Below, one piece after another: positions 26,801-36,524 of a stretch of DNA of 47,590 bases. Below the pieces are notes generated by a model. That model saw only the letters and a list, made by a program, of their open reading frames with translations. It searched no databases and was not told where the DNA came from. A program made the position numbers and the translations under genes. Origin of the DNA: Candidatus Uhrbacteria bacterium CG_4_9_14_3_um_filter_41_35 (GTDB lineage Bacteria > Patescibacteriota > Patescibacteriia > UBA9934); contig PFWT01000003.1 of NCBI GenBank assembly GCA_002791275.1, forward strand, positions 1 through 47,590, written 5' to 3'. The first letter of the stretch is position 1, and each line of letters starts with the position of its first letter.

Positions 26801-28021
26801 TTACTTAATGAACTTCATCACTCTTCGACCGACGAATTGACCTTCACGGCGGTAGAGGATGTCATTATTGTATTCAGGATCAGTGCTGAAACCTATTTTT
26901 CGCATCACGGCGTTCATTGGCACCTCAAACGTATGTTCTTTTTGCACCAGGTTTCGAGTGTCTCCGGTGCGCGCTACCTCCTTTACAAAGTGAACGGGGT
27001 TAACCAACACAACAACACCGTCTGGTTTAAGAGTTTTGTAGAGAGCAGAAAAACAATCGGTATATAGCTTCTCAAGTTCATTAACTGCGGTAGTCACCTC
27101 GGCATAAGTTTCACTGCCTTGTCTTGGAACGCCGAGAAATGGCTCTGTTGCGATAGCGTCAATTGTTTCTGGCTCTATGTGTGCACCAATATTTACGGCG
27201 GTAGTAACGTATAATTTATAACTTGGCACGTCGTAACCAGAATTTTTGAGCCAACCCATATTTTGTTCGGTATCGGAGATGGCCATTTCTAAAATGTCAG
27301 AGCCTCTGAGTTTTTCAAAGCCAAGTAGCGCGCCCTCCATTAAAACAGTTCCCGAACCACAGAAGGGATCAAGTAAAGTTTTACCTTCAGGTTGAACACC
27401 AGTAATGTTGATCAGCATTCTAGCGAGTTTAGGTGGCAACATTCCGCGTTTTGCATCACGTCTTGGTCTATCAAAATCACGCTTTGACCAGTCCTCGTAA
27501 TCCTGGACAGCAGAAGTCAAACCAACCAGTGTTTCCCGTTCACTAACCAAAAATACAAATTCACCACCAGAGGCTAGCATTTTGTTTTTTGTAACAGTAA
27601 CGGCGCTTAGATTAGGATCTCGACTTGTAACATAACGTACAGGTTGACCCGACGCTTTGAGTGCTTTTTTGACCTCAAGCCCAATCGCATCTTTATCTTT
27701 TTGCAAAGCCCGAGCTCTTTTAGTATCCCCAAACTCGTAAATACTAAGACCAAAAGTAATTTTTCCGTCGTAGTTTGCTCCGATTATCATTGAAGTTAAG
27801 AACTCGATAAGTTCAGCGCGTGATTCTCGTTTTATTGAGCCCACGATGTGGCCAATTTTTTGAATCCCACCCAATTTGTCGTTTAGTTTTGTGAGCTCCA
27901 TGTCAATATCATCAAAAACTGCCACGAGTTCCGTTGCGTTTACGGGATCTGCTCCTGTTAGACCTTTAATTTCGAGCAGTGAAAGTTCCGGATTTGAGCC
28001 AAGTATGGTAAAAGTTTGCAT
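26801..28021 (-). CDS. Trm11/TrmG10-like SAM-dependent RNA methyltransferase (UPF0020 family)
   Basis: GMLPPKLARMLIN, LLDPFCGSGTVLMEG, GSDI, IATEPFLG. Confidence 0.75.
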   Translation of the reverse strand: MQTFTILGSNPELSLLEIKGLTGADPVNATELVAVFDDIDMELTKLNDKLGGIQKIGHIVGSIKRESRAELIEFLTSMIIGANYDGKITFGLSIYEFGDTKRARALQKDKDAIGLEVKKALKASGQPVRYVTSRDPNLSAVTVTKNKMLASGGEFVFLVSERETLVGLTSAVQDYEDWSKRDFDRPRRDAKRGMLPPKLARMLINITGVQPEGKTLLDPFCGSGTVLMEGALLGFEKLRGSDILEMAISDTEQNMGWLKNSGYDVPSYKLYVTTAVNIGAHIEPETIDAIATEPFLGVPRQGSETYAEVTTAVNELEKLYTDCFSALYKTLKPDGVVVLVNPVHFVKEVARTGDTRNLVQKEHTFEVPMNAVMRKIGFSTDPEYNNDILYRREGQFVGRRVMKFIK

Positions 28022-28052
28022 ATACCTTTGAATGATATAGTATTAGATTACT

Positions 28053-29843
28053 ATGAGAAAATTTTTGCTTATAATTACAGCTGTTTTGCTGTTTGGTATC
28101 ACCAGAACGGCACTTGCGCAAGAGCCTGACTTCACAATTCACAATTTTCACGCTGATTTAACTATCAAAGAAGACGGTTCGCTTTTAGTGGTTGAAACAA
28201 TATCTGGCGATTTTCTAAAAGAAAAACACGGTATTATTCGATACATTCCAGTCGTTTACGATATGAGCGAGAATCTTGAAGCAACGACTGATCTTGCTCT
28301 AATAAATATAAAGGATATTTCAAACACCGATGTACCCTATTCTACATCAACTGAAAAAAATGATTTTGTAATTCGGATTGGTGATCCAAACAAGACCATT
28401 TCTGGTAGGTATGAATATACCATAGAATACACAGTTCGTGGGGCATTTATGTACTTCGATGATCATGACGAACTTTATTGGAATGTGACCGGGAACAATT
28501 GGCCGGTCGCAATGAAAAATGTGTCAGCTTCAATTCATCTACCACCGGGTGCTTTTTTAACAGGTAAGACTTGTTTTACTGGTAAAGAGGGAAGTACAGT
28601 GAGCAATTGCTCGTTTCGTGATTCAGGGATAAAAGTCGAGGTTACAGCGACTGATTATTTAACGCTAGCGATTGGTTTTACGCCAAATGTAATATCAGAG
28701 GTATTACCAACCATCATCGATAAAGCAGAGCTGGCACGTTTACAGGCCGAAAAAGAGGCAAGAGGTGCGGAAATTGCAAAAAAGTATATTGTAATTGCAA
28801 ATTTATTTTGGTTATCACCTATACTAATTATTGCTATTCTCAAGGTACTTAGCCAATTATTTTGGCCGTCAGTTGAGTCAAATCGGGCTGTTATAGCTGA
28901 GTTTAAAGCACCTGACGAGTTAAGGCCCACAGAACTTGCGGTACTTCTAAACGGCAAAATTCAGAAACAAGACATGTCTGCTTTTGTGGTAGATATGGCA
29001 GTGAGAGGTTATTTAAAAATTTCAGAATCAAATATCGGCAAGAAAACAAATATTGCAGTTATAAAATTAAAAGAGGCAGACTCGAACCTACGGTCATGGG
29101 AAGAAGCTTTTTTTACGGCAATGTTTAGGAGCTCAACGGAATTAGATCACCAAGCACTCGGAGCTCAACTTTCGACGGTTATTGGGAAAACGAATCAGGT
29201 GATTATAAACGAGCTTGTGCTTCAGGGTTATTTGAAACGAAATCACTATAAAAATGACAAGTATTTACTCGTACTTCTTTTTATCTATTTCTTAATTTTA
29301 GCCTTCAGTGGTCTAGTTGCTATGCTTGCATTTGCGAATTTTGTACCGTTTTTTGCAATGTTTATAACGGGACTTCTTCTGCCTTTCTTTAGACCAAAGT
29401 TAATTCAATACACTGAAAAAGGTGCGGAAGCAGCAATAAAGGGTCAAGGTTTGAAATTGTTCATTAATACTGCTGAGCGTTACAGATTAAAATGGCAGGA
29501 ACAAGAGAATATCTTTGAGGAATTATTGCCTTACGCAATGATTTTCAAAATTACCGATAAGTGGAGTAAAGTATTTCACGATTTTTACGCGGAAACTAAT
29601 CAAGTCAGAAATAAACCCGACTGGTACTCAGGATCTAACGACAGTGCTTTTGATTTTTCAGAAATGGGATCTAATTTAGCAAATTTCTCAAATTCACTGC
29701 CGAATAAACTACGCAAATATGGCTCTGGCGCTAGTTATGCGCGATCTGGTTCAAAAAAAGGTTGGTCTAGAAGCGGTAGTGGATTTTCAGGCCACGGCTC
29801 GTCTGGCGGTGGTTTTGGAGGCGGCGGTGGTGGATCTTGGTAG
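28053..29843 (+). CDS. DUF2207 family membrane protein
   Basis: IKEDGSLLVVETI, HGIIRYIP, DELYWNVTGNNW, DMAVRGYL, FEELLPYAMIF, terminal GGGFGGGGGGSW. Confidence 0.9.
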   Translation: MRKFLLIITAVLLFGITRTALAQEPDFTIHNFHADLTIKEDGSLLVVETISGDFLKEKHGIIRYIPVVYDMSENLEATTDLALINIKDISNTDVPYSTSTEKNDFVIRIGDPNKTISGRYEYTIEYTVRGAFMYFDDHDELYWNVTGNNWPVAMKNVSASIHLPPGAFLTGKTCFTGKEGSTVSNCSFRDSGIKVEVTATDYLTLAIGFTPNVISEVLPTIIDKAELARLQAEKEARGAEIAKKYIVIANLFWLSPILIIAILKVLSQLFWPSVESNRAVIAEFKAPDELRPTELAVLLNGKIQKQDMSAFVVDMAVRGYLKISESNIGKKTNIAVIKLKEADSNLRSWEEAFFTAMFRSSTELDHQALGAQLSTVIGKTNQVIINELVLQGYLKRNHYKNDKYLLVLLFIYFLILAFSGLVAMLAFANFVPFFAMFITGLLLPFFRPKLIQYTEKGAEAAIKGQGLKLFINTAERYRLKWQEQENIFEELLPYAMIFKITDKWSKVFHDFYAETNQVRNKPDWYSGSNDSAFDFSEMGSNLANFSNSLPNKLRKYGSGASYARSGSKKGWSRSGSGFSGHGSSGGGFGGGGGGSW

Positions 29844-29888
29844 TTTTGTGATAAGGTAACGTTTGAATGTTCTTTTAGGGGGCTAACG

Positions 29889-30386
29889 ATGTACAAAACT
29901 CTTTTGTTCTGGTTACTAACTGCTGGGCCAGCAATGGCTGAAGATGATTACAGCCTTGTATACCAGTGCGAAATGTTGAAGATGTATGGCGTATTCATCC
30001 GCTATCATCCGGTCGACGATAGGTATGACTGGGTAGATGATTTTTTCGAGGTTGCAGAAGGAAAAGCCTTATTTGTAGCTGCCCGAAATGGCCGGATGTT
30101 TGTAGGCTGGGGTAAAATCGAAAGCACAATACACGACCACGTTTATCGAGACAGTGTAAATATCGTAAACGGGGAGATCTTCTTTGTTTCTATGGATAAC
30201 GGTAGAAATTACCTTAATCTTGGCGACAAATCAGTGGCGATCGGCGGTACAGCCTGCAATATTGAGATCGAAACTGAGCAAGAAAACCTCAGAATAAGTT
30301 GGGTGATTTGTGGCCTCAGCGATCAGACACGACAAACCTGGGTAGTTGAGACTCACCCATCAATTATTAGTGCTTACCCTAGGTAG
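29889..30386 (+). CDS. hypothetical secreted protein
   Basis: 165 aa ORF, signal peptide AMA-E, purine-rich RBS, own -10 and a downstream hairpin with T-run. Confidence 0.65.
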   Translation: MYKTLLFWLLTAGPAMAEDDYSLVYQCEMLKMYGVFIRYHPVDDRYDWVDDFFEVAEGKALFVAARNGRMFVGWGKIESTIHDHVYRDSVNIVNGEIFFVSMDNGRNYLNLGDKSVAIGGTACNIEIETEQENLRISWVICGLSDQTRQTWVVETHPSIISAYPR

Positions 30387-30397
30387 GTGCTTTTTTA

Positions 30398-30492
30398 TTG
30401 ACGGATTTAAAGTTTTAGGCTAATATTCCAGCACTAATTAATCATAACAATTGTCCGTAGCCTGAAAGGGCTGCTTCAAACGAAGCCGATAT
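30398..30492 (+). promoter_or_regulatory. rpsF promoter and structured leader (possible S6:S18 leader)
   Basis: TTGACG-17-TAATAT; hairpin GTAGCCT-GAAA-GGGCTGC overlapping the alternative GCTTC-AAAC-GAAGC. Confidence 0.55.
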
Positions 30493-30963
30493 ATGATCTA
30501 CGAAATTCTATATATCATTCCTTCAAAGTTTTCTGACTCAGAAATCGAAGGAGTAGAGGGTCACATTAACGAGATCCTAGTGAGAAATGAGGCTAAAGTC
30601 TTAAAAACAAGTAACCTCGGTAAGATTAAACTTGCCTACCCAATAAAACGGGAAAAACACGGAACTTACGTGCTAACCTACATCGAAGTTGCTGGTGTAA
30701 ATCTAGCGAAGATCGATCAGGATCTTCGACTTTCAGAAGAGGTTCTAAGGCATGTTCTAGTTAAAAGACCAGAAGGTGTTTCTGAAAAGAATTACACTAT
30801 TGGAACTTACGTTGAACCATTAACTTCAGAGGGGAAACGAACACGCGGAAAACGTGAAACAGTTAAAGAAGAAGCTGTAAAACCAGCTAAGAAGTTGTCG
30901 ACAGCCGCTTTAGATAAGAAACTTGATGAGATTCTTGATAGCGACATCGCTTCAGACATGTAA
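30493..30963 (+). CDS. rpsF: 30S ribosomal protein S6
   Basis: YEILYII, LGKIKLAYPIK, EEVLRHVLVK; C-terminal extension. Confidence 0.95.
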   Translation: MIYEILYIIPSKFSDSEIEGVEGHINEILVRNEAKVLKTSNLGKIKLAYPIKREKHGTYVLTYIEVAGVNLAKIDQDLRLSEEVLRHVLVKRPEGVSEKNYTIGTYVEPLTSEGKRTRGKRETVKEEAVKPAKKLSTAALDKKLDEILDSDIASDM

Positions 30964-31050
30964 TAATTAATCAGTCGGCAAAAGGTTGTAAAATGGTACA
31001 ATACGATAAGTTGGATTATCATCTAAACCTTTTAACCAAAACTAAAAATT

Positions 31051-31515
31051 ATGGCATCTTCACTTAATAAAGTTCAAATCATCGGAAACCTAACACGTGA
31101 TCCTGAAATCAAACAGACCACAAATGGTCAGTCAGTTTGCACAGTCGGCGTAGCTACAAACCGAACCTGGAAAGATCAATCAGGCGAGAAAAAAGAGCAG
31201 GTTGAGTACCACACAATTGTGGCTTGGGGTAAACTTGCAGAAATTTGTGGTCAGTACCTCAAAAAAGGTCAGAAAGCTTATTTTGATGGTCGACTTCAGA
31301 CTCGAGACTGGGAAGGTCCAGATGGAGTGAAAAAATACCGAACAGAAATCGTCGCAGAAAACATGATTATGCTTGGTGGTCGAGGTGGTGAAGGTGGTGG
31401 TAACAGTTTTGGCGGTGATGTTGATTACTCAGCATCAGCTCCTTCTGTAAGCGACGATCCTTCACGCGCTTCTAACTCAAACGACGAAATCAGAATTGAA
31501 GATATTCCATTTTAA
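31051..31515 (+). CDS. ssb: single-stranded DNA-binding protein
   Basis: LNKVQIIGNLTRDPE, GRLQTRDW, C-terminal EDIPF. Confidence 0.97.
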   Translation: MASSLNKVQIIGNLTRDPEIKQTTNGQSVCTVGVATNRTWKDQSGEKKEQVEYHTIVAWGKLAEICGQYLKKGQKAYFDGRLQTRDWEGPDGVKKYRTEIVAENMIMLGGRGGEGGGNSFGGDVDYSASAPSVSDDPSRASNSNDEIRIEDIPF

Positions 31516-31587
31516 ACTAAATTAGGCTGTGATTGTGAGTTGGTACTGAGGTATCTCAAGTAAACTCTCAATAAACCTAAATAAAAT

Positions 31588-31818
31588 ATGGCAAAAAATA
31601 ATAACCTATTAACAACAGATAAGTACTGTAACTTCTGCGTTAATCAACAGCTTGATATTGATTACAAGAATACAGAACTTTTGAAGCGTTATATTTCATC
31701 TTTTGCAAAGATTACTTCACGAAAACGAAGCGGTCTCTGTGCAAAACACCAGAGAAAAATTTCTCTTGAAGTAAAACGCGCACGAATCATGGCATTTTTG
31801 CCATTCGTTCACAAATAA
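31588..31818 (+). CDS. rpsR: 30S ribosomal protein S18 (zinc-ligand form)
   Basis: CNFC, IDYKNTELLKRYIS, GLCAKHQR, VKRARIMAFLPF. Confidence 0.97.
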   Translation: MAKNNNLLTTDKYCNFCVNQQLDIDYKNTELLKRYISSFAKITSRKRSGLCAKHQRKISLEVKRARIMAFLPFVHK

Positions 31819-31890
31819 CATCAACCGTGAAACATTATTGTTTGGTTGATATATTAGTCAACTAATCAAATATATTTCACAAGATCAGCT

Positions 31891-32709
31891 ATGCTTTCAA
31901 AAGAAGATATACTGTATCGCAAAAAACTGTGGGACTCGGTCTTGGCCGATGTTCGGCAGTTTTTTGTTTCTCGGGACTTTTTAGAGTTTCAAACGCCACT
32001 ACTTGTGAAGTCGCCTGGTATGGAGCCGAACCTATCACCACTTAAAACCGTGGTGAATAACCAAAAAGCTGGCTTCATTACGTCCCCTGAATATTCAATG
32101 AAAAAACTTTTAGGTACAGGTTTTGAAAAAATCTTTACGATTACGCCCGTGTTCAGAGATAACGAAGCTGGACGACACAATACGCCTGAGTTTTTAATGC
32201 TTGAGTGGTATGCGCCAGGAGTATACGAGGATTTGATGGCTGAGACTGAAGAATTGTTACAGTTTGTCCTCGGAGACCGAACTGTTTGGCCAAAAATTAA
32301 ACATACAAACGCAAATATCGATGAACATGGCGATCCACATGTAGAGCATAAAAGGTTTTTTGTAAAGAATTACCCAGTGGCTGAAGCTTCACTGGCACAA
32401 ATATCAGTAGACGGAAGCTACGCAGAACGTTTCGAAGCTTTTGGGGACGGTATGGAACTCTGTAATGGCTTTGCAGAATTAACCGATGCTACAGAACAGC
32501 GACGCCGCTTTGAAGCTGAAAAATCGGCTAGACTAAAGGCCGAAAAGGAGGTTTTCCCGATTGATGAGGAACTGTTAAGTGCAATTGAAAGCATAAAAAA
32601 GCCAGTTTATGGAAACGCGCTCGGTCTTGACCGACTTGTGATGCTGAAGTACGGTATAGGGGATATAAATGACGTTCAGATATTTCCATCTAATCAGCGC
32701 TTCGTTTAA
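31891..32709 (+). CDS. epmA: EF-P lysine ligase EpmA (GenX/PoxA), compact form
   Basis: LysRS catalytic-domain paralogue with no anticodon domain: TSPEYSMKKLL, FRDNEAGRHNTPEFLMLEWY, ERFEAF..GMELCNGFAELTD, GNALGLDRLVM; adjacent to efp. Confidence 0.88.
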   Translation: MLSKEDILYRKKLWDSVLADVRQFFVSRDFLEFQTPLLVKSPGMEPNLSPLKTVVNNQKAGFITSPEYSMKKLLGTGFEKIFTITPVFRDNEAGRHNTPEFLMLEWYAPGVYEDLMAETEELLQFVLGDRTVWPKIKHTNANIDEHGDPHVEHKRFFVKNYPVAEASLAQISVDGSYAERFEAFGDGMELCNGFAELTDATEQRRRFEAEKSARLKAEKEVFPIDEELLSAIESIKKPVYGNALGLDRLVMLKYGIGDINDVQIFPSNQRFV

Positions 32710-32742
32710 ATTCAGTAAAATAATTACATTGAAGTAAAAAAT

Positions 32743-33309
32743 ATGCCATCACCAAACGAATTAAAAAAAGGAACAGTTATTCGATACGACAATGACCTTT
32801 GGGTTGTTGCTGATTTTCAACGGGTCGCTCCTGGAAAAGGGAGCTCATTTGTTAGAACAAAATTAAAGTCACTTGCGTCCGGAAAAGTAGTAGAAAATAA
32901 CTTCAAAGCATCTGAAAACCTAGTGTTTGAAGATGTATCACGAAAAAAGATGCAGTTTATTTTTGGCGATTCAGAAACACTAACTTTTATGGACGGCAAA
33001 GATTACGAACAAATTGCTATCGGTCGGGATCTAATCGGAGACGATGCTCGATTCTTAAAAGAAGGCCTTGAGGTGACTGTAATTATGCACGGGGATCGAG
33101 CTATTTCAATGGAATTACCAGGTAAGATTGAATACACAATCACCGAGTCAGAACCTGCAGTGAAGGGTGATTCATCAAGCGGAAACGTGCAAAAAGATGC
33201 GGTTGTAGATAACGGTCTTAAAATTCGCGTACCAATCTTTATTAACGAAGGCGACTTGGTTCGAGTTAATACTGAAACTGGAGATTACGTAGAGCGTGTT
33301 ACAAAATAA
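32743..33309 (+). CDS. efp: elongation factor P
   Basis: PGKGSSFVRTKLK loop, EPAVKGDS, VPIFINEGD.VRVNTETGDYVER. Confidence 0.97.
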   Translation: MPSPNELKKGTVIRYDNDLWVVADFQRVAPGKGSSFVRTKLKSLASGKVVENNFKASENLVFEDVSRKKMQFIFGDSETLTFMDGKDYEQIAIGRDLIGDDARFLKEGLEVTVIMHGDRAISMELPGKIEYTITESEPAVKGDSSSGNVQKDAVVDNGLKIRVPIFINEGDLVRVNTETGDYVERVTK

Positions 33310-33318
33310 TGAATTTTA

Positions 33319-33351
33319 TAAAACACAAGCGCAAGCTTGTGTTTTAGTTTT
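33319..33351 (+). terminator. intrinsic terminator with GCAA loop
   Basis: TAAAACACAAGC-GCAA-GCTTGTGTTTTA. Confidence 0.8.
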
Positions 33352-33406
33352 GGCAACAAAATAATCTCTGTGTTTCCTCTTTTTCTTATGATACAATGTT
33401 CGTATT

Positions 33407-35815
33407 ATGGCAAAACGAAGAAAGCGAACTAAACGAAAAGGTGGTAACTCAGAAGGGTTATCAGACGGTGTAAAACAGAGTATATTTGCAGTTTCTATTG
33501 TGGTGGCTGGCTTATTATTCTTTTTATCGTTCTTTGGTTTAGGCGGGGTTGTTGGTGAATATTCAAATCAAGCCCTGACAATGATTTTTGGTTGGGATAA
33601 GTGGCTGTTTTCCGTTGTACTATTGGTACTTGGTTGGAGCGCAATTTTTCCTGACCGTCGCCTTCTTTCAAACGTAAATTTAATCGGCATTGTCACTTTT
33701 TTTCTGGCGTTTAATGGTTTGCTGAATCTACTTTTTGCCAGCGATGGTCTTGCGGAAAAAATCGCAAAAGCCGGTGGTTACACTGGACTCTTAGTTTCAG
33801 CACCACTTGTTAGTTTAATCGGTTTTTGGGGAGCGTTCATTGTGGCTGTGGCTGGAATTTTTGTAGCAATCTTTTTAATTTTCAACGTCTCGCTTAATTC
33901 TATCCTCACGGTACACACCCATTTTACAAATATGGGACGAGTTGTTCACAGAAATCGAATTGAAGAACGTGAAGAATTTGATGACGAAGAAGAAGACGAA
34001 GGAGAGCTAGAAACCGATGAAGAGGATGCGGATCTTGAGGAGGAGTTGGATGAAGAAATAGAAGAGGAAGATGATGAGGAAGAAGGAGTTGAATCCGGGG
34101 TGAAGTCACCGCTAATGATCGGCGCTGGTGAATCGGTAATGACTAGCAAACGACGTCGACGGATAGTTATTCCAGTTGATTTGCTTGACGAGCGCATTAG
34201 TGAAGCTGAAGCTGGCGACACCGATAGAGCTGCGGATATTATTCAAAAGACATTCAAACACTTTAATATCGAGGTAGAAATGGTCGACGTACGTGTGGGT
34301 CCGTCGGTGACTCAGTATTCACTAAAACCAGCACAGGGAGTGAAGCTATCACGTATAGTTGGCTTACAAAATGACTTAGCACTCGCACTTGCAGCGCACC
34401 CAATCAGAATCGAGGCACCAATTCCAGGTAAGGCACTGGTTGGAATTGAGGTGCCAAATCGAAAAGTTGGTGCGGTTTCGTTGCGTGAACTACTCGAGTC
34501 TAAGGAGTTTAAAACACGCAAAACAAATATGATGGCACCACTTGGAAAGGATGTTTCAGGTGCTGTATCTTCTCTTTTTGTCGACAAGGCTCCGCACACG
34601 ATGGTGGCGGGAGCGACTGGGTCTGGTAAATCCGTTTGTTTAAACGGCGTGATTGTTTCACTGTTGTATCAAAATGGACCTGATGATCTAAAAATGATTA
34701 TGGTGGATCCAAAACGCGTGGAACTTGGAGTGTACGCTGGTATTCCACATTTATTAGTTCCGCCAATTACACAGTCGGAAGAGGCGATCAATGCTTTGAA
34801 GTGGGGTGTGCGGGAAATGGAACGACGACTCGACCACCTTGCGAAATACGGAGCACGAGATATAGATTCATATAACGCAAAGAGCAAGGAACGAATGCCA
34901 AAAGTCGTCTTTATTATCGACGAGCTTGCGGATCTTATGAGTCAGAACAAGCGAGATGTTGAGTCGTTAATTGTTCGAATTGCGCAAATGGCGCGTGCCG
35001 CGGGTATTCACTTGATTTTAGCAACTCAGCGACCATCGGTTGATGTTATTACCGGAACTATTAAAGCAAATATCCCAACACGTTTGGCGTTTGCCGTAGC
35101 TTCGCAGGTGGACTCAAAAACGATTCTTGATATTTCAGGAGCGGAAAAATTACTCGGTAGGGGAGATATGCTCCTTTCAACACCACAGCTTTCAAAACCA
35201 AAACGACTTCAAGGAGCCTATGTTTCAGATCAAGAAATTGAACGGGTGGTTGATTTCTTGAAGAAAGAAGGAGAACCAGATTATAATTACCAGGTTACTG
35301 AAGACTCTAGGGGTGGAGGTGTTGCGATGAGTTCTGAGGATTCAGACCCGCTTCTTGAAGAAGCTATTGCAATTGTAGTGGCCGATAGAAAGGCTTCCAC
35401 CTCCTACTTGCAACGGCGAATGCGAATTGGCTACTCACGAGCAGCGCGAATTGTGGATCTCTTGGCGGAGATGGGGATTATTGGTGAACAAAATGGCTCA
35501 AAGCCTCGAGAAGTACTCATAGAAAAATGGCCGTTACCAGGGGCAGGTGCACCAAAAAAAGCAAAAGAACCAATTGAATACGAGGAAGACTATGACGCTG
35601 AAGAGGAGATGGATGAAGAGGCTGATGATATGGCAATTGAAGAAGAAGACTTTGATGATGAGATGGAAGATTCAAAAATGACCCCACCAAAGCCAATTAT
35701 CGAAGCAGATGAAGATGAAGATGAAGATGAAGATGAAGATTTTTCAGAATTTGATGAGGAAGACGAAAATGATGACGATGATGACGAGTTTGCAAATTAT
35801 AATGATGACGAATAA
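33407..35815 (+). CDS. ftsK: DNA translocase FtsK/SpoIIIE
   Basis: N-terminal TM domain, RIEAPIPGK, AGATGSGKS, IDELADLM, LATQRPSVDVITG, gamma domain ASTSYLQRRMRIGYSRAARIVD; acidic linker and tail. Confidence 0.96.
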   Translation: MAKRRKRTKRKGGNSEGLSDGVKQSIFAVSIVVAGLLFFLSFFGLGGVVGEYSNQALTMIFGWDKWLFSVVLLVLGWSAIFPDRRLLSNVNLIGIVTFFLAFNGLLNLLFASDGLAEKIAKAGGYTGLLVSAPLVSLIGFWGAFIVAVAGIFVAIFLIFNVSLNSILTVHTHFTNMGRVVHRNRIEEREEFDDEEEDEGELETDEEDADLEEELDEEIEEEDDEEEGVESGVKSPLMIGAGESVMTSKRRRRIVIPVDLLDERISEAEAGDTDRAADIIQKTFKHFNIEVEMVDVRVGPSVTQYSLKPAQGVKLSRIVGLQNDLALALAAHPIRIEAPIPGKALVGIEVPNRKVGAVSLRELLESKEFKTRKTNMMAPLGKDVSGAVSSLFVDKAPHTMVAGATGSGKSVCLNGVIVSLLYQNGPDDLKMIMVDPKRVELGVYAGIPHLLVPPITQSEEAINALKWGVREMERRLDHLAKYGARDIDSYNAKSKERMPKVVFIIDELADLMSQNKRDVESLIVRIAQMARAAGIHLILATQRPSVDVITGTIKANIPTRLAFAVASQVDSKTILDISGAEKLLGRGDMLLSTPQLSKPKRLQGAYVSDQEIERVVDFLKKEGEPDYNYQVTEDSRGGGVAMSSEDSDPLLEEAIAIVVADRKASTSYLQRRMRIGYSRAARIVDLLAEMGIIGEQNGSKPREVLIEKWPLPGAGAPKKAKEPIEYEEDYDAEEEMDEEADDMAIEEEDFDDEMEDSKMTPPKPIIEADEDEDEDEDEDFSEFDEEDENDDDDDEFANYNDDE
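35708..35740 (+). repeat. (GATGAA)5.5 in-frame microsatellite (DE repeats)
   Basis: GATGAA x5 + GAT in the FtsK acidic tail. Confidence 0.9.
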
Positions 35816-35849
35816 GCTTGAAGAGGATTTAAAATTGTAACTGGTTGTA

Positions 35850-36524
35850 ATGGTATTTGTAAAACGTAAACTAGATAGAAACCCGCAAACGCTCGGAGAA
35901 AAACTCCGAGCGCTTCGTCGTGGACAGGCGGTGAGCCTTGAAATGATGGAAAAAGAAACGCAAATTCAACTAAGGTACATCGAGGCACTCGAAAGAGGTA
36001 GGTACGAAGACTTACCCGAGCCAATTTACACGAGAAACTTTATTAGGTCGTATGTACGGGCTTTAAAATCGGACGAGGGTTATTTTCTGGAACTTTATGA
36101 AGAAGAGTGTGGGGTGTGCGATTTAGTGACACCCATGCAAACACCCAGACAACGAATTAAAAAAATAAAATTTTTAGTTTCGAATAAACTCCTGAAATTT
36201 GTTTGGTTATTTATTATAGCGATTTTAATTTTTGGTTACTTAAGTTGGCAGATTAAGGAAATCGTGGGGCCACCCGAAATTATTCTGTTTTCGCCAGTTG
36301 ATTCTTCGGTAACGTCTGAGGCAAAGGTTGTGGTTGAGGGATATGTTGATAATGAAGCTACGGTTTATGTAAACGGAACTCAGGTGGTTGTTGATGAACA
36401 AAATATTTTTAATTCCACGATTGATCTTGACAAAGGCTTGAATATAATCCGAGTCGAAGCAGAACGACGGTACTCGAAAAAAGCTTTAATTGAAAGGCGA
36501 ATTGTGTTTGATATACAAAAATAA
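35850..36524 (+). CDS. RodZ-like HTH membrane protein with C-terminal Ig-like domain
   Basis: LGEKLRALR...YIEALERGRYEDLPEPIYTRNFIRSY (HTH_25-like), single TM segment; ftsK-rodZ-recA synteny. Confidence 0.8.
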   Translation: MVFVKRKLDRNPQTLGEKLRALRRGQAVSLEMMEKETQIQLRYIEALERGRYEDLPEPIYTRNFIRSYVRALKSDEGYFLELYEEECGVCDLVTPMQTPRQRIKKIKFLVSNKLLKFVWLFIIAILIFGYLSWQIKEIVGPPEIILFSPVDSSVTSEAKVVVEGYVDNEATVYVNGTQVVVDEQNIFNSTIDLDKGLNIIRVEAERRYSKKALIERRIVFDIQK

